DNA of 64,000 nt from Candidatus Latescibacterota bacterium (lineage in GTDB: Bacteria; Latescibacterota; UBA2968; UBA8231). Within the stretch, counting starts at the first letter, position 1; each line of letters starts with the position of its first letter. Under the pieces are notes generated by a model that was given only the letters and a program-made list of their open reading frames with translations, searched no databases and was not told the origin of the DNA. The translations under genes were made by a program, and so were the position numbers. This document shows, piece after piece, positions 37,009 to 47,600 of the stretch. The stretch lies in assembly GCA_965197905.1 (NCBI GenBank), contig CBDAOB010000003.1, positions 736,001 to 800,000 on the forward strand, written 5' to 3'.

Positions 37009-39250
37009 ATCCACTCTGGTGACATTAGCACTGGCCGCGTGCTGGATAGGGTCGCCAGTTCCTGCTCAGGAGATCGACGATCTCCTCGAGTTCTCCTTGG
37101 CAGAGCTGGTGGAGATGGATGTCACACTGGCCTCCGGCATCGAGGAGAGCATCTTCGACGCACCGGCGGCGATGGTGGTGATAACCGACGAGGAAATACG
37201 GCAGAGAGGATACACGAATCTCGCCGAAATCATTACCGACCTTCCCGGCTTCGACGTGGTGCTCGCCAACGGCATTCCCTACCTCTACGCCTATCAGCGG
37301 GGTTACAGACACCCCTCGACGCAACGCACTCTACTGATGATCGACGGACACGTCGACAACCACCTGTGGACACACCAGGCCGTCTTCAGTCGGCGATTTC
37401 CGGTTTCCAGCATCGAACGCGTGGAGGTGCTCTACGGACCGGCATCCGCCATTTACGGTCCCAACGCGTTTCTCGGCATCGTCAATATCGTAACCCAGGA
37501 TGGCAGCGAACTGAGGGACGCTGGTTATACCAGCAACATTCGAATTCATGGAGGCAGCTTCGACTCAAAGGGTGTGGACGTTTCAGTCAGAGGCAAGGTA
37601 GGTGCTGTCGAAAGTGGCGGCGTCTCCTTCGGCTTGGCGGGGCGTGTTTTCCGCAGCGAAGAGCCGGATTTCTCGAACGACTTCGGCTTCATCAGCAACG
37701 AACTGTATTCCGATGCCAATACGTGGGGTCCGATTCTCGATCTGGAACACCGCAATCGCAGTTTCGGGACCTACTACGATCCCACCGACGACAGTTCGAT
37801 TCTCGGTAACGTGAGCTACAAAGGCGCGAAGCTCGGCTTCGTGCACTGGGTCAGGAAGGAAGGCTACGGTCCCCACTATGTTGCCGACCGCGTACAGAAC
37901 AACATTTTCTGGAATTCCTCGGGAACACAGATTTACGGTGAGACTGAAAAACGCGTCCACGACAGACTGGTCAGCAGCTCCCTGTTGTCCTATCGGACGA
38001 GCCGAACGTGGGGAGGCTGGCCGGAAGCGTTGCCCGACTGGCGCGAGGGGATGCAAGACTTCTCGTTCGTCAGTCTCACCCAATGGAACTCGATCAGCGA
38101 CAGCTGGCTTTTCAAACAACAGTTCGAGGCCGCTGCGACCGACGATCTGGTACTGACCGGTGGACTCAAATTCGAACGCAAAGAACTCACGAAAGCGTAC
38201 GACATCCCCGGCTACTGGGGCGCATTCAGCTCCACCGTGCCTTCGAACGACCCCGGTCTCCACGGACAGGGTGCCGGTATCGGACACAGCACGGATTCTA
38301 CCTACGCGGCACCACCCCCACCCAACCCCAACATGCCACCGCAAAACCTGGCATTGACCGAAGACATTGGAGGATTCGTCCAGGGGATCTGGAACTGGGC
38401 GCCGTTTCGATTCAACGCCGGACTTCGCTATGACGACAATTCGCTCTATGGCAACTCGATCAACCCGAGGGTTTCAGCCGTTTACCACTTCTCATCCCGC
38501 AGCGCGTTCAAGTTGCTCTATGGAGAAGCGTTCCAGGAGCCGGCGCCGATCCAGGTTTGGGGCGGATGGAACGGCCGCCTGGCCAACCCCGACCTGGAGC
38601 CTGAGAAAGCACGCAACATCGAGGCGATCGCCATGTATCAGACCGACCGGATCTTTCATGACGCCTCCCTGTTCTTCTCACACTATGAAGACGTGATCAA
38701 GGAAGAGGCCGAGAATGCCGGAACGCGGGATATTTGGGGCCTCGAGTACCGTGGTCGTTTCACCCTGCCAAACCTGCTCGTCGGCGCTCCCGACATCAAC
38801 GGATTCCTCTACTATTCGTTCACCAGTGTGAAGAGCAGTACCCATTTCGATCATGAAGCGGGTCGGTGGGAGGACGGCGACACCGACCTGGGAGACATTG
38901 CTCCGCACAAAGTCAATCTCGGCCTCAACCTACCCGCCGCGAGACACTGGAACTTCAACCTGAGAGCCAACTTCGTGGGCGAACGCAAGCTTTACTCGCA
39001 GAATCCCCTGCGGGCACGCGGAAGAGCCGTGGACAGCTACGTAGTGGTCAACGGCGCAGCGTCCTACAGCGTCGGCGTTTTCGATCTCACATTGAAGGTG
39101 ACCAACCTTCTCGATCGCTCTTATTTCCACCCCGGCGTGGAGCAGGCGGATAGCGGAGATGACTTTAGTCAGAGGAGCCTGGGGTTTCGGAACTCGCTCA
39201 TCCCCCAGCCGGGTCGCTCCTTCATCTTGAAGCTGGGCATCGCCTACTAG
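36989..39250 (+). CDS. TonB-dependent receptor
   Basis: SLAELVEMDV, APAAMVVIT, IERVEVLYGPASAIYG, terminal Y. Confidence 0.92.
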   Translation: MNARNPKSTLVTLALAACWIGSPVPAQEIDDLLEFSLAELVEMDVTLASGIEESIFDAPAAMVVITDEEIRQRGYTNLAEIITDLPGFDVVLANGIPYLYAYQRGYRHPSTQRTLLMIDGHVDNHLWTHQAVFSRRFPVSSIERVEVLYGPASAIYGPNAFLGIVNIVTQDGSELRDAGYTSNIRIHGGSFDSKGVDVSVRGKVGAVESGGVSFGLAGRVFRSEEPDFSNDFGFISNELYSDANTWGPILDLEHRNRSFGTYYDPTDDSSILGNVSYKGAKLGFVHWVRKEGYGPHYVADRVQNNIFWNSSGTQIYGETEKRVHDRLVSSSLLSYRTSRTWGGWPEALPDWREGMQDFSFVSLTQWNSISDSWLFKQQFEAAATDDLVLTGGLKFERKELTKAYDIPGYWGAFSSTVPSNDPGLHGQGAGIGHSTDSTYAAPPPPNPNMPPQNLALTEDIGGFVQGIWNWAPFRFNAGLRYDDNSLYGNSINPRVSAVYHFSSRSAFKLLYGEAFQEPAPIQVWGGWNGRLANPDLEPEKARNIEAIAMYQTDRIFHDASLFFSHYEDVIKEEAENAGTRDIWGLEYRGRFTLPNLLVGAPDINGFLYYSFTSVKSSTHFDHEAGRWEDGDTDLGDIAPHKVNLGLNLPAARHWNFNLRANFVGERKLYSQNPLRARGRAVDSYVVVNGAASYSVGVFDLTLKVTNLLDRSYFHPGVEQADSGDDFSQRSLGFRNSLIPQPGRSFILKLGIAY

Positions 39251-39350
39251 ATAGCGTTGGCGCAGCACCTGTCGGCATGGTCCCAGCTTCTCGACAGCTT
39301 GGTCGAGACTCGAGTAGCTTGCCGGAGCTGACGAAACCTTCGACGGAAAG

Positions 39351-41639
39351 GTGGTCAACCTGAGTCAGTCCAGATCCCGTTCTCCTTCGAGGGCGGGTTT
39401 TTTAGCGCCCGCCCGATTTTGTGCCCCGGCTTTTCTTGCGCTCTTATCCACCTCCGCCTTCTGTGGTACGATCAGCGGCCGGGTCTCTGAGAGCAGTACC
39501 GATCTGCCCATCCGTGGCGCCGTGGTTCGCATTCAATCTTCATCCCCGCATATGCTCGGCGGCTCAGCTCTTAGCGATTCCACCGGAGCGTTCGCATTTC
39601 GTGGGCTTGAAACGGGCGACTGGATGCTGTCGGCGAAGATGGTCGGCTATCGGAGCTGGCGGCGCGCCATCTCGCTCAATCGGGAGCCGAGTGTGGTGGA
39701 AGTGCAGCTGGAAACCCAGCCGCTGCGCATGGAGCCTCTGGTCGTGTGGGCGCAGCGAGGCGAGGATCGTCATACCCCGGCCTACGTGGAAACCATACCA
39801 ATCGAGACCTTGCAGGCCCCCGGCGCCAATCTGGCGCAAGCCCTTGATGTTGCGACAAACGTCAATGTCCGGCGCTATGGCGGTCTCGGCAGTTTCAGTA
39901 CCGTCTCGATTCGCGGCTCCACCTCCGAACAGGTTCAGGTCTACCTGGATGGCGTGCTCCTCAATCAGGCGCTCGGCGGCGGCGTCAACCTGGGCAACCT
40001 GCCGCTCGCCGGAGTCGAAAGTGTGCAGATATACCGAGGCGCAACGCCCGCCCGGTTCGGCGGCAACAGCCTGGGCGGTGTCGTGCACTTGCGCACGAGT
40101 TCCTTGTCGCGATCCAAGAAGACCTATGTCCGCACGACGGCCGGTTCCTTCGGAACCCGTCACCTAGACGCGTCCGTTGCCGGCCCCTTGCAACGTTGGG
40201 AATACCTGGCATTGGCCAATCTCAGTACCAGCAAGAATGACTTTCGCTTTTGGGACGACAACGGCACCGCCTACAATTCGAACGACGACGGCTGGGCGCG
40301 CCGGGCCAACAGCGATTTTCAGTCGTTCCGTCTGCTCACGAAACTCGGCCGGCGTCTCGGTGAAAAACTCGTTCAGGTTCACAACACGCTGGATCTGAGC
40401 CATTCCGGGATTTCTGGAATTGGCGTTCATCAAGCCAAACACACCCGCTTGGACTCGTGGCGCAAGCTGTCGGAAGCCAACCTGCACGGCACTCTCGTCC
40501 GGGGGTTTGGCGGGTATGCGGTCAGGGCGTACCACTCCATCCAGACCAGCGAATACAAGGACCTCAAGAATGAGATCGGGGTCGGCACCCAGCATAACCG
40601 CAACACGACGACAAGCGTCGGCGTTCGCGGTGAGATCACTGGGATCATCCCGGGCCGGGGACTTTTCACCCTGTTTGGGTCCGGGTTGTACGAAAATTTC
40701 GAACCCGTGAATCTGATTCAGTCAACCCGGAAATCGATACGCAGCCGTCGCTACCGATCTTCATTGGGCGGCGAAATTGAATCGCTACCTCTGCTCCAGC
40801 GATTCACGTTGACGGCTGGCGCCCAGATCGAACGACTCGACAACCGTCTGCTGACCCACCAGGAGGTCGTGACCACCGCCCTGGAACGTGGCCGGCACGA
40901 CACAGAGACAGTTTGGGGATTTCGAATCGGAACGGGAATAGAGCTGGCCGAAGAGGTGCATCTCAAGGCACATCGGGGGCGGTATCAGCGTCCGCCCAAT
41001 TTCTTCGAGCTCTTTGGCGATCGCGGTTCCGTCGTGGGCAATCCGGACCTGGCGAGCGAGCGAGGCGAGAAATGGGACGTGGGTTTGGACGTTCGCAACG
41101 CTCTGGGGGGGGTCGTGCGACGCGGCGAGTTGGTGTATTACAGGAATTCCATCGAGAACCTGATCCGCTTCGTACAAAGCACGCAGCAGGTGTCTGAACC
41201 GCACAACATAGACGAGACTGCACTCAGCGGACTGGAAACGAGATTCAACATTCGCGTCGATTCCCGCTTGAGTCTGGGGGGAAATTATGTGTATCAGCGG
41301 GCCAGGAGCCGCGCTCCCTTTTCCTACGAAAGAGGAAATGACCTCCCGAACGCTCCACGTCATAGATTCGGCCTCGAATTGAGTGGCAGTTGGTCGGGAA
41401 ACGGTTTCCGCTACTCCTTCAACCGCGAAAGCAGAAGTTTTATCGACCGCGCCAATCTCAATCCAGTGCCGGCGCGTTCGGTGCACGGGATTGGTATCGA
41501 TTTCCCATTGATGGAGGGTACCAAGATAACCATGGAGGTGCGCAATCTCGGAAACAACCAGATTGCCGACGTGTGGGGATACCCTCTTCCGGGAAGGTCT
41601 TATTTCATCTCGGCGGCACTGGAACGCCCGTCAAACTGA
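39351..41639 (+). CDS. TonB-dependent receptor
   Basis: GGLGSFSTVSIRGS, VYLDG, GNPDL.SE, GYPLPGR. Start uncertain. Confidence 0.9.
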   Translation: MVNLSQSRSRSPSRAGFLAPARFCAPAFLALLSTSAFCGTISGRVSESSTDLPIRGAVVRIQSSSPHMLGGSALSDSTGAFAFRGLETGDWMLSAKMVGYRSWRRAISLNREPSVVEVQLETQPLRMEPLVVWAQRGEDRHTPAYVETIPIETLQAPGANLAQALDVATNVNVRRYGGLGSFSTVSIRGSTSEQVQVYLDGVLLNQALGGGVNLGNLPLAGVESVQIYRGATPARFGGNSLGGVVHLRTSSLSRSKKTYVRTTAGSFGTRHLDASVAGPLQRWEYLALANLSTSKNDFRFWDDNGTAYNSNDDGWARRANSDFQSFRLLTKLGRRLGEKLVQVHNTLDLSHSGISGIGVHQAKHTRLDSWRKLSEANLHGTLVRGFGGYAVRAYHSIQTSEYKDLKNEIGVGTQHNRNTTTSVGVRGEITGIIPGRGLFTLFGSGLYENFEPVNLIQSTRKSIRSRRYRSSLGGEIESLPLLQRFTLTAGAQIERLDNRLLTHQEVVTTALERGRHDTETVWGFRIGTGIELAEEVHLKAHRGRYQRPPNFFELFGDRGSVVGNPDLASERGEKWDVGLDVRNALGGVVRRGELVYYRNSIENLIRFVQSTQQVSEPHNIDETALSGLETRFNIRVDSRLSLGGNYVYQRARSRAPFSYERGNDLPNAPRHRFGLELSGSWSGNGFRYSFNRESRSFIDRANLNPVPARSVHGIGIDFPLMEGTKITMEVRNLGNNQIADVWGYPLPGRSYFISAALERPSN

Positions 41640-41677
41640 ATCATGGTTGTCGGTCGGACAACTGCCACGCCGAACCC

Positions 41678-44600
41678 TCATTTTACCAACAGCAAGCGGC
41701 TCGTTCTCACATCGCGACCGGTCGATAACTGATACATGTAGATACCCGTTGCCACCGCTCGTCCGGCGTCGTCGGTACCGTCCCAGGTTATAGAGTGGTG
41801 GCCGGACCTTTCCGCCGCGGCGACGATGTGTCGAATCCGTTGCCCCGTCACGTTGTAGATGGAGAATTCGACGGGACTCGCCTCGGGAAGATGGTAGTTT
41901 ATTACGGTTTGCGCGTTGAACGGATTCGGAAAGTTCGGGAAGAGCGTCAAGACCTCGGGTAGCGCTTGTCCATCGGCCGCTATCGACATAGGCAGCTCGG
42001 GATACGACACTTGCAGTTGCCGGTTTGCCTTCAGGTCGGTGCGGATGCTCTCGCGCCCATCCGGCCAGACGATGCGCAACGTGTCAACTCGAGTCCCGGC
42101 GCCCAAGCCGAAGTGAATCTCGAGAGGCGCCTGGCTGCCGTATCCGAATCCGGGATGCAGCTCTTTGTACTGTCGCCCTTCCTGCGTAACCAGTAAGATC
42201 TGGGCGCCCAGTGCGTCTCGATTACCGCCGATCCCGATGAGGTCCAGCTGCAGCCAGCGGCTCTCTTCCAACTCGCTGCGATACAAACGACTCGACACCG
42301 CGTCGGCAACCAGCAGATCTTGATCGCCATCTCCGTCGAAATCGGCAACGCTGAGGCCGCGCCCGGCCGATTCCTTCTCGAGGCCGGAAAAACCACCCAG
42401 CGATCTCCACCCGTCGGAACCGTTGTTGTACAACTGGTCTCCGCCGTTTGCAGAGCCCACTCCCGTAGTGATCAGATCGAGATCGCCGTCGTTGTCGGTA
42501 TCGACGAAAGCGGCGCCGGCACACGAGGTTCCCAGCTTCCCCGGTCTCTCCTCAGTGACCCAGTTGAAACCCGTTCCGTCCAGATTCTTGAACAGCCGAT
42601 TGTCTGACGTTTCCCCGGTGGTGAAAAGGTCGACAAATCCATCCCCGTCGTAGTCGCCGAAGACACCGGCCACGTCGTCGTTGGAAAACGGCACTCCCAA
42701 TTCCTCGCCGACCTCGGTAAACTGCCCGGTGTCATTCCGGTAGAGCCGGCTTGGACCGTTCCTGTTCGCCACCAGAACGTCAGCATCGCCATCGCGATCG
42801 AAGTCGCCGAAAGACAGACCGCGACCGTCTCCGGTATCGTTCAATCCCTTCTGTGCTGCCATATCGACAAAAGCTGTCCCGTCGTTGCGAAACAATCGAT
42901 TGGTATCCGGGCTGGCGTTTACCAGGAACAGATCCAGATCGCCATCGGCATCGGCATCCCAGAAACCGGCGCTGCGGCCGGAACCATCATCTCCCAATGA
43001 ACCGCCTTCACCGCCGACAAACTGCGTGGTTACGTCCGTGAACTGGGAATCTTCGTTGCGCAACAACCGATTGGCCTGGCCCTGGCGGACGAGATACAGA
43101 TCCAGATCGCCGTCGCCGTCGTAATCGCCCACGGCGAACCCGCGACCCACACCCTCGTCTGCAAGACCTACCTCTGCATCGACCAGACGAAATGCATCGC
43201 CGTCGTTGCGCAACAGCTGATCCTCATCTCCCTGTCGCACGAGCAGAAAATCGAGATCGTTGTCGCCGTCAAAGTCGAAGAATCCGGCGCCGTTACTGTT
43301 GTTCAGATCCGCTTCGATCTCCACCGTCGAATAGGTAACCGGCACCTCCACCAGTTCGAGGGGCCGCGGATCGAGAAAGGTCGCCAAACTCTCGAATGAC
43401 GTCGATATACCGAATTGCAGTTCATAATTCCCACCTGCTAGCCCTGAGACCGACGGAAATTCGATCTCTCTGTCGGTAAATGGCACCAGCGGCGGCTGCT
43501 GTTGTTGGTAAGAAGCTACCACTCGGCCGTCCCGCAAAATCCGGTATTCCACCGGGAAGGGCTGGGACTTTCCATTACCACCGTTGGATACCAGAAGTCG
43601 AGGAACTACATCGCTCGCGGCCGCCGCCGACTCGGGAGCCAACACCGATTTGATCTCCAGACGCGGTTTCACTTCAGCTTCCACATCTCCCATGAGGAAG
43701 GTGATCTGATCGCCGAGGAAGCGCTGTCGGCTTTCCGACAACGTCCGCGGAAGATCAAGACCGACGAATATGGTGCGAAAGCGACCGGCATCGAATCGCA
43801 CCGCGGCGACGCGCCCCAACGTGTCCTGCAAAATCGATTCCGTGCCGTCGTTAGGCCGGACAGAGGCGAAGTTTATGCTGCCGTCGGCCCGATCCCCTGT
43901 CACAGACTCGAACGCACCGAAACCTGCGCGGGTTAGCTGCGGTGCAATCCCCAGGATATTGCTTCGGAATTCGCCTCCAGTTGGAGAATACGCCATGTAC
44001 GGAGTCGCCAGGAGTATCCTCCCTCCCTGGTGTGCGAACTCCTCGACGAAGTTTTGTTCTAATTCGTTGATTCTCGGCATCAGCCATATCACGAATTTAC
44101 CCGCGCCGATGTAGTGCCGTAGGAGGAGGTCGTAGAGTGATTTATCGGATAGATCCGAACTCTTGTTCAACACGTTCGCTTCCAAACCCCTTTTTTCCAG
44201 GATCGAGCGGAGGTCGTCGACTAGCGGGGCACCCTTTTTTAGATGTTTGTCGATGATCAGAACGGGACTCCACCGGGTGAAGTTCACCGCTTCCACGGTC
44301 AGTAGTCGGGACCCCATGAGCCGGCGTCCGTTTTTGTCGCGCACGCGAGCCACGATCTTGTAGTTGCCGGGCGCCGGGGGATTGAACTTGATTTGGAACA
44401 GGCGGTGATCTTTGTCCTCGCTTCGTACTAGAGGAAGCACGAGCCCGCCCGGGGCACCGCCTCCTCGGCGAGAAAAGGCGGATCCACGCACCAGCAGCTC
44501 GACCGATTCCACTGCCGCCGTCGTCGTCACCTGTAGCAAGATTGAATCGCCGTGCAGGACGAGAGCCCCATCATTGCGAATGATTGTCCCTGGAATCTCC

Positions 44601-47600
44601 ATTTCCATCTCTTGACGGAGACTCTGATTCAGCAGTGGAATGGCATTCGCGACGATTTCGCCTATATCTGGCAAACGCGCCACGTCGAAGGCGAGGAACA
44701 CCGCCCGGTAGCCACCTGCATCCACGTGTACTCCTGCCGCATTGCCGGTCGTACTCAGGATCAGCGGGATAGCGTGTTCGTGGGGGACCAGCTTGCGATG
44801 GGTGATCCTTGCCCCCTGGCTCAAAAACGTTCCCGCGCTGTCGGAGAACACAGACTCGAGTTGCTTCTCTTCGTAGTTGCCGGCTGTTGTGTGCAGGTAG
44901 GTCTCGACGAATTCGGCAAAGCTGTGCGGAGAGCCGCCTTTCGAACCAAGGAACAATCGTCCGTGGCGATCGAGGAACTTCTGCAGAATTTCTGGCACGC
45001 CGTTCGCCCCGAACATCCCGAGCCAGAAGAGCGCCTTGTTTTCTCCGGCGTAGCTTAGAATCAACTCTTCGTACAGCCTTTTGTCCCTCTCGGGGTAATC
45101 GATGATGTCGGCGGAGGTATTGTTCTTGGACATCGCATGCACGATCTCCTCCCGCAAGAAAGACCGGATGCGTCCCGAAATCGATTGGTTGACGAAGACC
45201 AGGTTTGGTCGATCCATGAGCCGCAGAACCTGACGTCGGGCCGAGCTGGGCATACTGTTTCCCTGTTCATCAAAAATGCGTGCTGAATAGAGGAAGTGGC
45301 CCGATTCGGGGACCCGTACCGATCCCGTAAATCCGCCCCCTGCTTTTCGAGCCAATGGTACGGTCTCGACGAGGGCCATGGTCGGCAGCAGACGCACCTC
45401 AAGCTCGGAACGGACAACCTCTTCCGGTGCGTGGATATGAACCGTGGGTGCTTCGGACCCCTTCAGCAATACTGACTCCCCGACCAGTTCGTCCGTTTCA
45501 AACTCCAGCGCGACGTCTGATATATTCTCGGAGGTTAGATACGCCAACCCCGATTCGAGGAGGGAACGGGTTATGTAGGCGTCTAGCGGACCGAGATCGA
45601 AAGGGAAATAGATCATGCGGAAGGTGCCCGTGTCGACCCGCATTGCCGCGGCGTTGGAGGTGGCGTCATACAGCATCGGTTCAGCGGGATCTAAGAGCAT
45701 CAGGGACGAGTAGCTCGAGTTGAACGGATCCGATGACTGCAGGTCCAGCCCGGTAATCATGCTCGTCCTTCGAGACGATTGCTGCTGAATGTGCAACACC
45801 TCCCTCCCGAATGTTCCCCATGACCGTTGCCTGGAGGAGATCATCATCCGGCCCCCTTGCTCGAGGAATGAACGCATATGGATTCGTGCCTCCCGGCTGA
45901 TCTTCTCACCCATCCATAGCACCGTTCCACCGGTGCGAGCGAACGCGGGCAACAGAACCTCGTAAAGCTCGCCTTCCTCTGGTGCACCATCGATCATGTA
46001 GTGAGACTGACCCCGGGCGGTCATAACCTGGTCGAGGATTTCGACCAGGTTAGCACGGCTCTCTTCGTCTATCTCCTTGCTCACGAAGGTCAGTACTTCC
46101 GCCTCGCCAGATGTCCTCCCTAAGAGGAGCGTCGAGTCGGCGAAAGTTGCGTACCCATTCTGACCGTAGACCCGGACGAAAATTTCGTAGAAACCCTCGT
46201 ACTCGGGAGGAATCGAAGCTTCAAAAATATGGGCATCGCCTTGCATACCGAGCTTCTCCATCGATACGGTCAACACGTGATCGTGTTCTTGGAGGGTACG
46301 TATCATCAGATCCGCCTGGGAGATCTCGCCCTGCACCAAGGCTCGCACAGGAGTCGCAACTCCGCGTGGCACAACTGCTGCGCGGCCGAGGATTTCGTGG
46401 CCGGGGACTTCGAAGTCGACATCGTTTTCCGGGTATTCGCCCTCGACGACGAGCTTCAGGGTGTCCCGTTTTATCTGCGCGAACGCTGCGTTGTAGCTCG
46501 CGTAGATCTGGCGCCCGTATTCCACCACGATCTCGATCTCGGTGCCTGGCTCCGCTTCCCGGCTCACTCTCAGCGGGATAACCTCGACGTGGCTCTTACC
46601 GGGATCCAGATCGAACGATTCTTCGACCCTCAGCGTTTTGGATCGCGGCGTCCAGTTTCCGCGCTCCCATGCGGGCTCGATGAATTCCGAGTCCCAGCGT
46701 AAGGTGGGTCGCAGACGCTTGAAGTTCCGTAGGGTCCAATTGTCAAGGGTCAATTCCAGCTGGATGGTCTCTCCAGGATTGAGGCGCCCGTCGCCATTTC
46801 CCGCCGTATCAAAGGTCGGGGTGTCCACCAGGTCGAGATTGAAGTCCAGCATCAGTTCCAACAAACCGGAGGGAGCGCGCTGAAACACGAAACCGTGGAG
46901 AACCCCGTCGAGCACGATATTCGACGATGAAACCTCGATGCGGCTCGAGTCCGCCGGATCGATGAGGATTCCGTACCAGCTGTCTCCCAGCTGCATCGAT
47001 TTGAAGAAAACATCCGACTTTGAATGGTCACCGACGATCAGGTCGCCGTTGATCTCCAGCTCCGACAGGTTGGGATCCACTCCACCGCGCATCCGGTCGC
47101 TTCCCGACATGCGTACATTCGTCTCCCCGTGGATGTGCAGCTCGCCGTCGACCGCTACGCGCACATCTCCGTCGACTACGACATCGCCCGCCCAATCCAC
47201 CCGTTCATTGATGATGCCTGCCCAGCGGGGTTGGGTTACGTCGACGATCATGGTTGTGCCCCTGCGATTCATATCGAGGCTCAGACCTGTTGTGGCCGCC
47301 GAGGAGTGCCCCCACGGGTTGTTCGAAGGGTTGGAAAACTGATCCAATCGCTTCGCCTTCACGCCGTCGAAAGGGTCGGTGGCGTCGCCGAAGTTACCCC
47401 CGTTCAGCTGTGAATACGCGGTGTCATGGGCCCAATAATCGAGATTGTCGCGACCGAAACGACCATCCGGAAGGCGGCCTTTTGGGAATCCTGAATCGGC
47501 GTACAGACCGTCGGCACAGACCAGGTCCAAGGTCTTGGCGGTTTCGTCAGCGTTTCCCCACAATTGAGGTCGGACGTGCCAGACCAAGAGGCCTTCTCCG

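Noticed and set aside
39270..39330. CGGCATGGTCCCAGC resembles the start of the HDV genomic ribozyme
   Set aside because: No P1 or P2 complementary strands could be found downstream; likely coincidence.
39327..39370. CTGACGA...GAAA hammerhead-like core, or a riboswitch before the TonB receptor
   Set aside because: Stems I and II do not pair, the cleavage triplet would be NUG, and no cobalamin or TPP consensus was recognised.
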